Shown here: one piece after another, positions 30,001 to 45,000 of the stretch
Layout of the letters: every line of letters begins with the position of its first letter
Numbering within the stretch: position 1 is the stretch's first letter
Assembly: GCF_963921235.1 (NCBI RefSeq)
Contig: NC_086097.1
Span: 35,528,001-35,592,000, forward strand
From: Mobula hypostoma
Lineage: Eukaryota
Length of the DNA stretch: 64,000 nucleotides
Reading direction: 5' to 3'
Made by a program: the position numbers and the translations under genes
Notes under the pieces: model-generated
Told to the model about the DNA's origin: nothing
The model's input: the letters and a program-made list of their open reading frames with translations, nothing else
Databases searched by the model: none

Positions 30001-33000
30001 TCTCCCTCCTGTACATCCTAAACCCTCACATCCTCCTGCTGCTCCTGGACATTATAATCTCTCACGTCCTCCTGTCCCTCCTTTACATCGTAACCCCTCA
30101 CATCTTCCTCTCCCTCCTGTATATCCTAAAACCTTACATCCTCCTCTCCCTCCTGTTCATCCTAAACCCTCGCATCCTCCTCTCTCTCTTGTACATCCTA
30201 AACACTCACATTCTCCATTCCCTCCTTTACATCCTGAACCCTCACATCCTCCACTCCCTCCTGTACATCCGAATCCCTGATATCCTCCTCTCCCTCCTGT
30301 ACATCCTAAACTCTCACATTCTCCTCTCCCTCCTGTACATCCTAAAAACTCACATCCTCCTCTCCCTCCTCTGCATCCTAAACCCTCACATCCTCTTCTC
30401 CCTCCTGTACATCCTAAACCCTCACATCCTCCTCTCCCTCCTGTACATCCTAAACCCTCACATCCTCCTCTCCCTCCTGTACATCTTAAACTCTCACATC
30501 CTCCTCTCCCTCCTGTACATCCTAAATTTCACATTTTCCTCTCCCTCCTGTACATCCTAAACCCTCATATCCTCCTCTCCCTCCTTCACATCCTAAACCC
30601 TCACATCCTCCTGCTGCTCCTGTACATCCTAAACCCTCACATCCTCCTCTCCCTCCTGTACATCCTAAACCCTCACATCCTCCTCTCCCTCATGTACATC
30701 CTAAACCCTCACATCCTCCTGCTGCTCCTGTACATCCTAAACCCTCACATCCTCCTCTCCCTCCTGTACATCCTAAACCCTCACATCCTCCACTCCCTCC
30801 TGTACATCCTAAACCCTCACTTCCTCCTCTCCCTCCTCTACATCCTAAACCCTCAAATCCTGCTCTCCCTCATGTACATCCTAAGCCCTCACATCCTCCT
30901 CTCCCTCCTGTACATCCTAAACCCTCACATCCTCCTCTCCCTCCTCTACATCCTAAACCCTCACATCCTCCCCTCCCTTCTCTACATCATAAACCCGCAC
31001 ATCCAACTCTCCCTCCTCTACATCCTAAACGTTCACATCCTCCTCTCCCTCCTGTACTTCCTGATCCCTCAGATCGTCCTCTCCCTCCTGTACATTCTAA
31101 ACCCTCACATCCTCCTCTCCCTCCTGTACGTTCAACACCTCACGTCCTCCTCTCCTTCCTGTATATCCTCAACCCTCAAAACCTCCTCTCTCTCCTGTAC
31201 ATCCTAAACCCTCACATCCTCCTCTCGCTCCTGTACATCCTAAACCCTCACATCCTCCTCTCCCTCCTGTACATCCTAAACCCTCACATCCTCCTGCTGC
31301 TCCTGTACATCATAATCTCTCACGTCCTCCTTTCCCTCCTGTACATCATAACCCCTCACATCCTCCTCTCCCTCCTGTACATCCTAAACCCTCACATCCT
31401 CCTCTCCCTCCTGTACATCCTAAACACTCACATCCTCCTCTCCCTCCTGTACATCTTAAACCCTCACATCCTTCCCTCACTCCTGTTCATCCTAAACCCT
31501 CACATCCTCCTCTCCCTCCTGTACATCCTAAACACTCACATTCTCCTCTCCCTCCTCTACATCCTAAACCCTCACATCATCCGGCTGCTCTTATACATCC
31601 TAAACCCTGAAGTCCAGCTCTCCCTCCTATACATCCTAAACCCTCACATCCTTCCCTCCCTCCTGTACATCCTAAACCCTCACATCCTCCTTTCCCTCCT
31701 GTACGTCCTAAACCCTCACATCCTCCTCTCCCTCCTGTACATCCCAAACCCTCACATCCTCCTGCTGTTCCTATACATCGTAAACCCTCACGTCCTCCTC
31801 TCCCTCCTGTACATTCTAAACCCTCACATCCTCCTCTCCCTCCTATGCATCCTAAACACTCACATCCCCCTCTCGCTCCTGTACATCCTAAACCCTCACA
31901 TCCTCTTCTCCGTCCTGTACATCCTAAGCCCTCACATCCTCCACTCCCTCCTGTACATCCTAAACCCTCACATCCTCCTCTCCCTCCTGTACATCCTAAA
32001 CCCTCACATCCTCCTCTCCCTCCTGTACATCCTAAACCCTCACATCCTCCTCTCCTTCCTGTACTTCCTAAACCTTCACATCCTCCTCTCCCTCCTGTAC
32101 ATCCTAAAACCTCACATCCACCTCTCCCTCCTGTACATCCTAAACCCTCACGTCCTCCTCTCCCTCCTCTACATCCTAAACCCTCACATCCTCCTCTCGC
32201 TCCTGTACATCCTAAACCCTCACATCCTCCTCTCCCTCCTGTACATCCTAAACACTCACATCCTCCTGCTGCTCCTGTACAACCTAAACCCTCACATCCT
32301 CCTCTCCCTCCTGTACATCCTAAACCCTCACATCCTCCTCTCCCTCCTGTACATCCTAAACCCTCACATCCTCCTCTCCCTCCTGTACATCCTAAACCCT
32401 CACATCCTCCTCTCCCTCCTGTACATCCTAAACCCTCACATCCTCCTCTCCCTCCTGTACATCCAAAACCCTCACATCCTCCTCTCCCTCCTGTACATCC
32501 TAAACCCTCACATCCTCCTCTCGGTCCTGTACATCCTAAACCTCACATCCTACTTTCCCTCCTGTACATCCTAAGCCCTCACATGCTCCTATCCCTTCTG
32601 TACATTCTAAACACTCAAATCCTCCTCTCCCTCCTGTACATCCTAAACGTTCACATCCCCTTCTCCCTCCTATACATCCTAAACCCTCACATTCTCCTGT
32701 CCCACCTGTATATCCTAAACCCTCACATCCTCCTCGCCCTCCTGTACATCCAAAACCCTCACATCCTCCTCTCCCTCCTGTACATCCTAAACCCTCACAT
32801 CCTCCTCTCGGTCCTGTACATCCTAAACCTCACATCCTACTTTCCCTCCTGTACATCCTAAGCCCTCTCATGCTCCTATCCCTTCTGTACATTCTAAAAA
32901 CTCAAATCCTCCTCTCCTTCCAGTACATCCTAAACGTTCACATCCTCCTCTCCCTCCTGTACGTCCTGAACGATCACATCCTTCTTCCCCTCCTGTACAT

Positions 33001-36000
33001 CCTAAACCCTCACATCCTCCTCTCCCTCCTCTACTTCCTAAACCCACACATCCTCCTCTCCCTCCTCTACATCCTGAACCCTCACATCCTCCTCTCCCTC
33101 CTGTACATCCTAAACCCTCACATCCTCCTCTCCCTCCTGTACATCCTGAACGATCACATCCTCCTCTCCTTCCAATACATCCTAAACTGTAACATCCACT
33201 CCCTCCTGTATATCTTAAACCCTCACATCCTCCTCTCCCTCCTGTACATCCTAAACTTTCACATTTTCCTCTCCCTCCTGCACATCCTAAACCCTCATAT
33301 CCTCCTCTCCCTCCTTCACATCCTCCTGCTGCTCCTGTACATCCTAAACCCTCACGTCCTCCTCTCCCTCCTGTACATTCAACACCTCACATCCTCCTCT
33401 CCCTCCTGCACATCCTAAACCCTCATATCCTCCTCTCCCTCCTGTACATCCTAAACCCTCACATCCTCCTCTCCCTCCTGTACATCCTAAACCCTCACAT
33501 CCTCCTCTCCCTCCTGTACATCCTAAACCCTCACATCCTCCTCTCCCTCCTGTACATCCTAAACCCTCACATCCTACTCTCCCTCCTGTACATCCTAAAC
33601 CCTCACATCCTCCTCTCCCTCCTGTACATCCTAAGCACTCACATCCTCCTCTTCCTCCTACACATCCTAAACCGTCACATACTCGGGCTCCTCTTGTACA
33701 TCCTAAACCCTCAAGTCCAGCTCTCCCTCCTGTACATCCTAAACCCTCACATCCTCCTCTCCCTCCTGTACATCCTAAACCCTCACATCCTCCTCTCCCT
33801 CCTGTACATCCTAAACCCTCACATCCTCCTCTCCCTCCTGTACATCCTAAACCCTCACATCCTCCTCTGCTCCTGTACATCCTAAACCCTCACATCCTCC
33901 TCTCCCTCCTGTACATCCTAAACCCTCACATCCTCCTCTCCCTCCTGTACATCCTAAACCCTCACATCCTCCTCTCCCTCCTCTACATCCTAAACCCTCA
34001 CATCCTCCTCTCCCTCCTGTACATCCTAAGCCCTCACATCCTCCTCTCCCTCCTGTACATCCTAAACCCTCACATCCTCCTCTCCCTCCTCTACATCCTA
34101 AACGTTCACATCCTCCTCTCCCTCCTGTACTTCCTGATCCCTCAAATTCTACTCTCCCTCCTGTGCATCCTAAACCCTCAGATCGTCCTCTCCCTCCTGT
34201 ACATTCTAAACCCTCACATCCTCCTCTCCCTCCTGTACGTTCAACACCTCACGTCCTCCTCTCCTTCCTGTATATCCTCAACCCTCAAACCCTCCTCTCT
34301 CTCCTGTACATCCTAAACCCTCACGTCCTCCTCTCGCTCCTGTACATCCTAAACCCTCACATCCTCCTCTCCCTCCTGTACATCGTGTTCCCTCACATCC
34401 TCCTGCTGCTCCTGTACATCATAATCTCTCACGTCCTCCTTTCCCTCCTGTACATCATAACCCCTCACATCCTCCTCTCCCTCCTGTACATCCTAAACCC
34501 TCACATCCTCCTCTCCCTCCTATACATCCTAAACACTCACATCTCCCTCTCCCTCCTGTACATCTTAAACCCTCACATCCTTCCCTCACTCCTGTTCATC
34601 CTAAACCCTCACATCCTCCTCTCCCTCCTGTACATCCTAAACACTCACATTCTCCTCTCCCTCCTCTACATCCTAAACCCTCACATCATCCGGCTGCTCT
34701 TGTACATCCTAAACCCTGAAGTCCAGCTCTCCCTCCTATACATCCTAAACCCTCACATCCTTCCCTCCCTCCTGTACATCCTAAACCCTCACATCCTCCT
34801 TTCCCTCCTGTACATCCTGAACCCTCACGTCCTCCTCTGTGTCCTGTACGTCCTAAACCCTCACATCCTCCTGCTGTTCCTATACATCGTAAACCCTCAC
34901 GTCCTCCTCTCCCTCCTGTACATCCTAAACATTCACATTCTCCTCTCCCTCCTCTATATCCTAAACCCTCACATCAACCGGCTGCTCTTGTACATCCTAA
35001 ACCCTGAAGTCCAGCTCTCCCTCCTATACATCCTAAACCCTCACATCCTTCCCTCCCTCCTGTACATCCTAAACCCTCACGTCCTCCTCTGTGTCCTGTA
35101 CGTCCTAAACCCTCACATCCTCCTCTCCCTCCTGTACATCCCAAACCCTCACATCCTCCTGCTGTTCCTATACATCGTAAACCCTCACGTCCTCCTCTCC
35201 CTCCTGTACATTCTAAACCCTCACATCCTCCTCTCCCTCCTATGCATCCTAAACACTCACATCCCCCTCTCGCTCCTGTACATCCTAAACCCTCACATCC
35301 TCCTCTCCGCCCTGTACATCCTAAGCCCTCACATCCTCCACTCCCTCCTGTACATCCTAAACCCTCACGTCCTCCTCTCCCTCCTGTACATCCTAAACCC
35401 TCACATCCTCCTCTCGCTCCTGTACATCCTAAACCCTCACATCCTCCTCTCCTTCCTGTACTTCCTAAACCCTCACATCCTCCTCTCCCTCCTGTACATC
35501 CTAAAACCTCACATCCACCTCTCCCTCCTGTACATCCTAAACCCTCACGTCCTCCTCTCCCTCCTGTACATCCTAAACCCTCACATCCTCCTCTCCCTCC
35601 TGTACATCCTAAACCCTCACATCCTCCTCTCCCTCCTGTACATCCTAAACCCTCACATCCTCCTCTCCCTCCTGTACATCCTAAACCCTCACATCCTCCT
35701 CTCCCTCCTGTACATCCTGAACCCTCACATCCTCCACTCCCAACTGTACATCCCAAACCCTCACATCCTCCTGCTGTTCCTATACATCGTAAACCCTCAC
35801 GTCCTCCTCTCCCTCCTGTACATTCTAAACCCTCACATCCTCCTCTCCCTCCTATACATCCTAAACACTCACATCCCCCTCTCGCTCCTGTACATCCTAA
35901 ACTTTCACATCCTCCTCTCCCTCCTGTACATCCTAAACCCTCACATCCTCCTCTCCCTCCTGTACATCCTAAACCCTCACATCCTCCTCTCACTCCTGTA

Positions 36001-39000
36001 CATCCTAAACCCTCACATCCTCCTCTCCTTCCTGTACTTCCTAAACCCTCACATCCTCCTCTCCCTCCTGTACATCCTAAAACCTCACATCCACCTCTCC
36101 CTCCTGTACATCCTAAACCCTCACATCCTCCTCTCCCTCCTGTGCATCCTAAACCCTCACATCCTCCTCTCGCTCCTGTACATCCTAAACCCTCACATCC
36201 TCCTCTCCCTCCTCTACATCCTAAACCCTCACATCCTCCACTCCCTCCTGTACATCCTAAACCCTCATATCCTCCTCCCCCTCCTGTACATACTAAACCC
36301 TCACATCCTCCTCCCCCTCCTGTACATCCTAAACCGTCACATCCTCCTCTCCCTCCTGTACATCCTAAACCCTCACATCCTCCTCTCCCTCCTGTACATC
36401 CAAAACCCTCACATCCTCCTCTCCCTCCTGTACATCCTGAACCCTCACGTCCTCCTCTCGGTCCTGTACATCCTAAACCCTCACATCCTACTTTCCCTCC
36501 TGTACATCCTAAGCCCTCACATGCTCCTATCCCTTCTGTAAATTCTAAACACTCAAATCCTCCTCTCCCTCCTGTACATCCTAAACGTTCACATCCCCTT
36601 CTCCCTCCTAGACATCCTAAACCCTCACATTCTCCTGTCCCACCTGTACATCCTAAACCCTCACATCCTCCTCTCCCTCCTGTACATCCAAAACCCTCAC
36701 ATCCTCCTCTCCCTCCTGTACATCCTAAACCCTCACATCCTCCTCTCGGTCCTGTCCATCCTAAACCTCACATCCTACTTACCCTCCTGTACATCCTAAG
36801 CCCTCACATGCTCCTATCCCTTCTGTACATTCTAAAAACTCAAATCCTCCTCTCCCTCCTGTACATCCTAAACGTTCACATCCCCTTCTCCCTCCTATAC
36901 ATCCTAAACCCTCACATTCTCCTGTCCCACCTGTATATCCTAAACCCTCACATCCTCCTCTCCCTCCTGTACATCCTAAACCCTCACATCCTCCTCTCCC
37001 TCCTGTACATCCTAAACCCTCACATCCTCCTCTCCCTCCTGTACTTCCTAAACCCTCACATCCTCCTCTCCCTCATGTACATCCTAAGCCCTCACATCCT
37101 CCTCTCCCTCCTGTACATCCTAAACCCTCACATCCTCCTCTCCCTCCTGTACATCCTAAACCCTCACATCCTCCTCTCCCTCCTGTACATCCTAAACCCT
37201 CACATCCTCCTCTCCCTTCTCTACATCCTGAACCCTCACATCCTCCTCTCCCTCCTGTACATCCTAAACCCTCACATCCTCCTCTCCCTTCTGTACATCC
37301 TGAACGTTCACATCCTCCTCTCCTTCCAATATATCCTAAACTGTAACATCCACTCCCTCCTGTACATCTTAAACCCTCACATCCTCCTCTCCCTCCTGTA
37401 CATCCTAAACTTTCACATTTTCCTCTCCCTCCTGTACATCCTAAACCCTCATATCCTCCTCTCCCTTCTTCACATCCTAAACCCTCACGTCCACCTCTCC
37501 CTCCTGTACATTCAACACCTCACATCCTGCTCTCCCTCCTGCACATCCTAAACCCTCATATCCTCCTCTCCCTTCTGTACATCCTTTACTTTCACATTCT
37601 CCTCTCCCTCCTGTACATCCTAAACCCTCAGATCCTCCTCTCCCTCCTGTACATCTTAAGCCCTCACATCCTCCTCTCCCTCCCGTATATCCTGAGCCAT
37701 CACATCCTCCTCTCCCTCCTGTACATCCTAAACTCTCACAACCTCCTCTCCCTCCTGTACAAACTAAGCACTCACATCCTCCTCTTCCTCCTACACATCC
37801 TAAACCGTCACATACTCGGGCTCCTCTTGTACATCCTAAACCCTCAAGTCCAGCTCTCCCTCCTGTACATCCTAAACCCTCACATCCTCCTCTCCCTCCT
37901 GTACATCCTAAAGCATCACATTCTCCTCTCCCTCCTGTACATCCTAAACCCTCACATCCTCCTCTCCCTCCTACACATCCTGAACCCTCACATCATCCTG
38001 CTGTTCCTATACATCGTAAACCCTCACGTCCTCCTGTCCCTCCTGTACATCCTAAACATTCACATTCTCCTCTCCCTCCTCTATATCCTAAACCCTCACA
38101 TCATCCGGCTGCTCTTGTACATCCTAAACCCTGAAGTCCAGCTCTCCCTCCTAAACATCCTAAACCCTCACATCCTTCCCTCCCTCCTGTACATCCTAAA
38201 CCCTCACATCCTCCTTTCCCTCCTGTACATCCTAAACCCTCACATCCTCCACTCCCTACTGTACATCCTAAACCCTCACGTCCTCCTCTGTGTCCTGTAC
38301 GTCCTAAACCCTCACATCCTCCTCTCCCTCCTATGCATCCTAAACACTCACATCCCCCTCTCGCTCCTGTACATCCTAAACCCTCACATCCTCCTCTCCG
38401 CCCTGTACATCCTAAGCCCTCACATCCTCCACTCCCTCCTGTACATCCTAAACCCTCACGTCCTCCTCTCCCTCCTGTACATCCTAAACCCTCACATCCT
38501 CCTCTCCCTCCTGTACATCCTAAACCCTCACATCCTCCTCTCCTTCCTGTACATCCTAAACCTTCACATCCTCCTCTCCCTCCTGTACATCCTAAAACCT
38601 CACATCCACCTCTCCCTCCTGTACATCCTAAACCCTCACATCCTCCTCTCCCTCCTGTACATCCTAAACCCTCACATCCTCCTCTCCCTCCTGTACATCC
38701 TAAACCCTCACATCCTCCTCTCCCTCCTGTACATCCTAAACCCTCACATCCTCCTCTCCCTCCTGTACATCCTAAACCCTCACGTCCTCCTCTGTGTCCT
38801 GTACGTCCTAAACCCTCACATCCTCCTCTCCCTCCTGTACATCCCAAACCCTCACATCCTCCTGCTGTTCCTATACATCGTAAACCCTCACGTCCTCCTC
38901 TCCCTCCTGTACATTCTAAACCCTCACATCCTCCTCTCCCTCCTATGCATCCTAAACACTCACATCCTCCTCTCCGCCCTGTACATCCTAAGCCCTCACA

Positions 39001-42000
39001 TCCTCCACTCCCTCCTGTACATCCTAAACCCTCACATCCTCCTCTCCCTCCTGTACATCCTAAACCCTCACATCCTCCTCTCGCTCCTGTACATCCTAAA
39101 CCCTCACATCCTCCTCTCACTCCTGTACATCCTAAACACTCACATCCTCCTCTCCTTCCTGTACTTCCTAAACCTTCACATCCTCCTCTCCCTCCTGTAC
39201 ATCCTAAAACCTCACATCCACCTCTCCCTCCTGTACATCCTAAACCCTCACATCCTCCTCTCCCTCCTGTGCATCCTAAACCCTCACATCCTCCTCTCGC
39301 TCCTGTACATCCTAAACCCTCACATCCTCCTCTCCCTCCTCTACATCCTAAACCCTCACATCCTCCACTCCCTCCTGTACATCCTAAACCCTCATATCCT
39401 CCTCCCCCTCCTGTACATACTAAACCCTCACATCCTCCTCCCCCTCCTGTACATCCTAAACACTCACATCCTCCTCTCCCTCCTGTACATCCTAAACCCT
39501 CACATCCTCCTCTCCCTCCTGTACATCCTAAACCCTCACATCCTCCTTTCCCTCCTGTACATCCTGAACCCTCACGTCCTCCTCTGTGTCCTGTACGTCC
39601 TAAACCCTCACATCCTCCTTTCCCTCCTGTACATCCTAAGCCCTCACATGCTCCTATCCCTTCTGTACATTCTAAACACTCAAATCCTCCTCTCCCTCCT
39701 GTACATCCTAAACGTTCACATCCCCTTCTCCCTCCTATACATCCTAAACCCTCACATTCTCCTGTCCCACCTGTACATCCTAAACCCTCACATCCTCCTC
39801 TCCCTCCTGTACATCCAAAACCCTCACATCCTCCTCTCCCTCCTGTACATCCTAAACCCTCACATCCTCCTCTCGGTCCTGTACATCCTAAACCTCACAT
39901 CCTACTTTCCCTCCTGTACATCCTAAGCCCTCACATGCTCCTATCCCTTCTGTACATTCTAAAAACTCAAATCCTCCTCTCCCTCCTATACATCCTAAAC
40001 GTTCACATCCCCTTCTCCCTCCTATACATCCTAAACCCTCACATTCTCCTGTCCCAACTGTATATCCTAAACCCTCACATCCTCCTCGCCCTCCTGTACA
40101 TACTAAACACTCACATCCTCCTCCCCCTCCTGTACATCCTAAACCCTCACATCCTCCTCTCCCTCCTCTACTTCCTAAACCCTCACATCCTCCTCTCCCT
40201 CATGTACATCCTAAGCCCTCACATCCTCCTCCCCGTCCTGTACATCCTAAACCCTCACATCCTCCTCTCCCTCCTCTACTTCCTAAATCCTCACATCCTC
40301 CTCTCCCTCATGTACATCCTAAGCCCTCACATCCTCCTCTCTCTCCTGTACATCCTAAACCCTCACATCCTCCTCTCCCTCCTCTACATCCTGAACCCTC
40401 ACATCCTCCTCTCCCTCCTGTACATCCTAAACCCTCACATCCTCCTCTCCCTCCTCTACATCCTGAACGATCACATCCTCCTCTCCTTCCAATACATCCT
40501 AAACTGTAACATCCACTCCCTCCTGTACATCTTAAACCCTCACATCCTCCTCTCCCTCCTGTACATCCTAAACTTTCACATTTTCCTCTCCCTCCTGTAC
40601 ATCCTAAACCCTCATATCCTCCTCTCCCTCCTTCACATCGTAAACCCTCACATCCACCTCTCCCTCCTGTACATTCAACACCTCACATCCTGCTCTCCCT
40701 CCTGCACATCCTAAACCCTCATATCCTCCTCTCCCTTCTGTACATCCTATACTTTCACATTCTCCTCTCCCTCCTGTACATCCTAAACCCTCAGATCCTC
40801 CTCTCCCTCCTGTACATCTTAAGCCCTCACATCCTCCTCTCCCTCCCGTATATCCTGAGCCATCACATCCTCCTCTCCCTCCTGTACATCCTAAACTCTA
40901 ACAACCTCCTCTCCCTCCTGTACAAACTAAGCACTCACATCCTCCTCTTCCTCCTACACATCCTAAACCATCACATACTCGGGCTCCTCTTGTACATCCT
41001 AAACCCTCAAGTCCAGCTCTCCCTCCTGTACATCCTAAACCCTCACATCCTCCTCTCCCTCCTGTACATCCTAAAGCATCACATTCTCCTCTCCCTCCTG
41101 TACATCCTAAACCCTCACATCCTCCTCTCCCTCCTACACATCCTGAACCCTCACATCATCCTGCTGCTCCTGTACATCCTAAACCCTCACGTCCTCCTCT
41201 CCCTGCTGTACGTTCAACACCTCATGTCCTCCTCTCCTTCCTGTATATCCTCAACCCTCACAACCTCCTCTCTCTCCTGTACATCCAAAACCCTCACGTC
41301 CTCCTCTCGCTCCTCTACATCCTAAACGCTCACATCCTCCTCTCTCTCCTGTACATCGTGAACCCTCAGATCCTCCTCTCCCTTCTGTACATCCTAAACC
41401 CTCACATCCTCATGCTGCTCCTGGACATTATAATCTCTCACGTCCTCCTGTCCCTCCTGTACATCCTAAAACCTCACATCCACCTCTCCCTCCTGTACAT
41501 CCTAAACCCTCACGTCCTCCTCTCCCTCCTGTACATCCTAAACCCTCACATCCTCCTCTCCCTCCTGTACATCCTAAACCCTCACATCCTCCTCTCACTC
41601 CTGTACATCCTAAACCCTGACATCCTCCTCTCCTTCCTGTACATCCTAAAACCTCACATCCACCTCTCCCTCCTGTACATCCTAAACCTTCACATCCTCC
41701 TGCTGCTCCTGTACATTCTAAATCCTCACATCCTCCTCTCCCTCCTCTACATCCTAAACCCTCACATCCACCTCTCCCTCCTGTACATCCTAAACCCTCA
41801 CATCCTCCACTCCCTCCTGTACATCCTAAACCCTCACTTCCTCCTCTCCCTCCTCTACATCCTAAACCCTCACATCCTCCTCTCCCTCATGTACATCCTA
41901 AGCCCTCACATCCTCCTTTCCCTCCTGTACATCCTAAACCCTCACATCCTCCTCTCCCTCCTCTACATCCTAAACCCTCACATCCTCCCCTCCCTCCTCT

Positions 42001-45000
42001 ACATCCTAAACCCGCACATCCTACTCTCCCTCCTCTACATCCTAAACCCTCACATCCTCCTCTCCTTCCTGTACATCCTAAACCCTCACATCCACACCCT
42101 CCTGTAAATCTTAAACCCTCACATCCTCCTCTCCCTCCTGTACTTCCTGATCCCTCAAATTCTACTCTCCCTCCTGTGCATCCTAAACCCTCAGATCGTC
42201 CTCTCCCTCCTGTACATTCTAAACCCTCACATCCTCCTCTCCCTCCTATACATCCTAAACACTCACATCCTCCTCTCCCTCCTACACATCCTAAACCCTC
42301 ACATCATCCTGTTGCTCCTGTACATCCTAAACCCTCACATCCTCCTCTCCCTCCTGTACGTTCAACACCTCACGTCCTCCTCTCCTTCCTGTATATCCTC
42401 AACCCTCAAAACCTCCTCTCTCTCCTGTACATCCTAAACCCTCACGTCCTCCTCTCGCTCCTATACATCCTAAACACTCACATCCCCCTCTCTCTCCTGT
42501 ACATCCTAAACCTTCACATCCTCCTCTCCCTCCTGTACATCGTGAACCCTCACATGCTCCTCTCCCTTCTGTACATCCTAAACCCTCACATCCTCCTGCT
42601 GCTCCTGTACATCATAATCTCTCACGTCCTCCTTTCCCTCCTGTACATCATAACCCCTCACATCCTCCTCTCCCTCCTGTACATCCTAAACCCTCACATC
42701 CTCCTCTCCCTCCTGTACATCCTAAACCCTCACATCCTCCTCTCCCTCCTGTACATCCTAAACCCTCACATCCTCCTCTCCCTCCTGTACATCCTAAACC
42801 CTCACATCCTCCTCTCCCTCCTGTACATCCTAAACCCTCACATCCTCCTCTCCTTCCTGTACTTCCTAAACCCTCACATCCTCCTCTCCCTCCTGTACAT
42901 CCTAAAACCTCACATCCTCCTCTCCCTCCTGTACATCCTAAACCCTCACATCCTCCAGTCCCTCCTGTACATCCTAAACCCTCACTTCCTCCGCTCCCTC
43001 CTCTACATATTAAACCCTCACGTCCTCCTCTCCCTCATGTACATCCTTATCCCTCACATCCTCCTCTCCCTCCTGTACATCCTAAACCCTCACATCCTCC
43101 TCTCCTTCCTGTACATCCTAACCCTCACATCCACACCCTCCTGTAAATCTTAAACACTCACATCCCCCTCTCGCTCCTGTACATCCTAAACTTTCATATT
43201 CTCCTCTCCCTCCTGTGCATCCTAAACCCTCACATCCTCCTTTCCCTCCTGTACGTTCAACACCTCACGTCCTCCTCTCCTTCCTGTATATCCTCAACCC
43301 TCACAACCTCCTCTCCCTCTTGTACATCCTAAACCCTCACGTCCTCCTCTCGCTCCTGTACATCCTATTCCCTCACATCCTCCTCTCCCTCCTGTACATC
43401 GTGAACCCTCACATCCTCCTGCTGCACCTGTACATCATAATCTCTCACGTCCTCCTTTCCCTCCTGTACATCATAACCCCTCACATCCTCCTCTCCCTCC
43501 TGTACATCCTAAACCCTCACATCCTCCTCTCCCTCCTATACATCCTAAACACTCACATCTCCCTCTCCCTCCTGTACATCTTAAACCCTCAGATCCTTCC
43601 CTCTTTCCTGTTCATCGTAAACCCTCACATCCTCCTCTCCCTCCTGTACATCCTAAACACTCACATTCTCCTCTCCCTCCTCTACATCCTAAACCCTCAC
43701 ATCATCCGGCTGCTCTTGTACATCCTAAACCCTGAAGTCCAGCTCTCCCTCCTATACATCCTAAACCCTCACATCCTTCCCTCCCTCCTGTACATCCTAA
43801 ACCCTCACATCCTCCTTTCCCTCCTGTACATCCTCAACCCTCACATCCACCACTCCCTACTGTACATCCCAAACCCTCACATCCTCCTGCTGTTCCTATA
43901 CATCGTAAACCCTCACGTCCTCCTCTCCCTCCTGTACATTCTAAACCCTCACATCCTCCTCTCCCTCCTGTACATCCTAAACCCTCACATCCTCCTCTCG
44001 CTCCTGTACATCCTAAACCCTCACATCCTCCTCTCCCTCCTGTACATCCTAAACCCTCACATCCTCCTCTCCCTCCTGTACATCCTAAACCCTCACGTCC
44101 TCCTCTCCCTCCTGTACATCCTAAACCCTCACATCCTCCTCTCGCTCCTGTACATCCTAAACCCTCACATCCTCCTCTCACTCCTGTTCATCCTAAACCC
44201 TGACATCCTCCTCTCCTTCCTGTACTTCCTAAACCCTCACATCCTCCTCTCCCTCCTGTACATCCTAAAACCTCACATCCTCCTCTCCCTCCTGTACATC
44301 CTAAACCCTCACATCCTCCACTCCCTCCTGTACATCCTAAACCCTCACTTCCTCCTCTCCCTCCTCTACATATTAAACCCTCACATCCTCCTCTCCCTCA
44401 TGTACATCCTAAGCCCTCACATCCTCCTCTCCCTCCTGTACATCCTAAACCCTCACATCCTCCTCTCCTTCCTGTACATCCTAAACCCTCACATCCACAC
44501 CCTCCTGTAAATCTTAAACCCTCACATCCTCCTCTCCCTCCTGTACTTCCTGATCCCTCAAATTCTACTCTCCCTCCTGTGCATCCAAAACCCTCAGATC
44601 GTCCTCTCCCTCCTGTACATCCTAAACCCTCACATCCTCCTGGTGCTCCTGTACATCCTAAGCCCTCACATCCTCCACTCCCTCCTATACATCGTAAACC
44701 CTCACGTCCTCCTCTCCCTCCTGTACATTCTAAACCCTCACATCCTCCTCTCCCTCCTGTACATCCTAAACCCTCACATCCTCCTCTCGCTCCTGTACAT
44801 CCTAAACCCTCACATCCTCCTCTCCCTCCTGTACATCCTAAACCCTCACATCCTCCTCTCCCTCCTGTACATCCTAAACCCTCACGTCCTCCTCTCCCTC
44901 CTGTACATCCTAAACCCTCACATCCTCCTCTCGCTCCTGTACATCCTAAACCCTCACATCCTCCTCTCACTCCTGTTCATCCTAAACCCTGACATCCTCC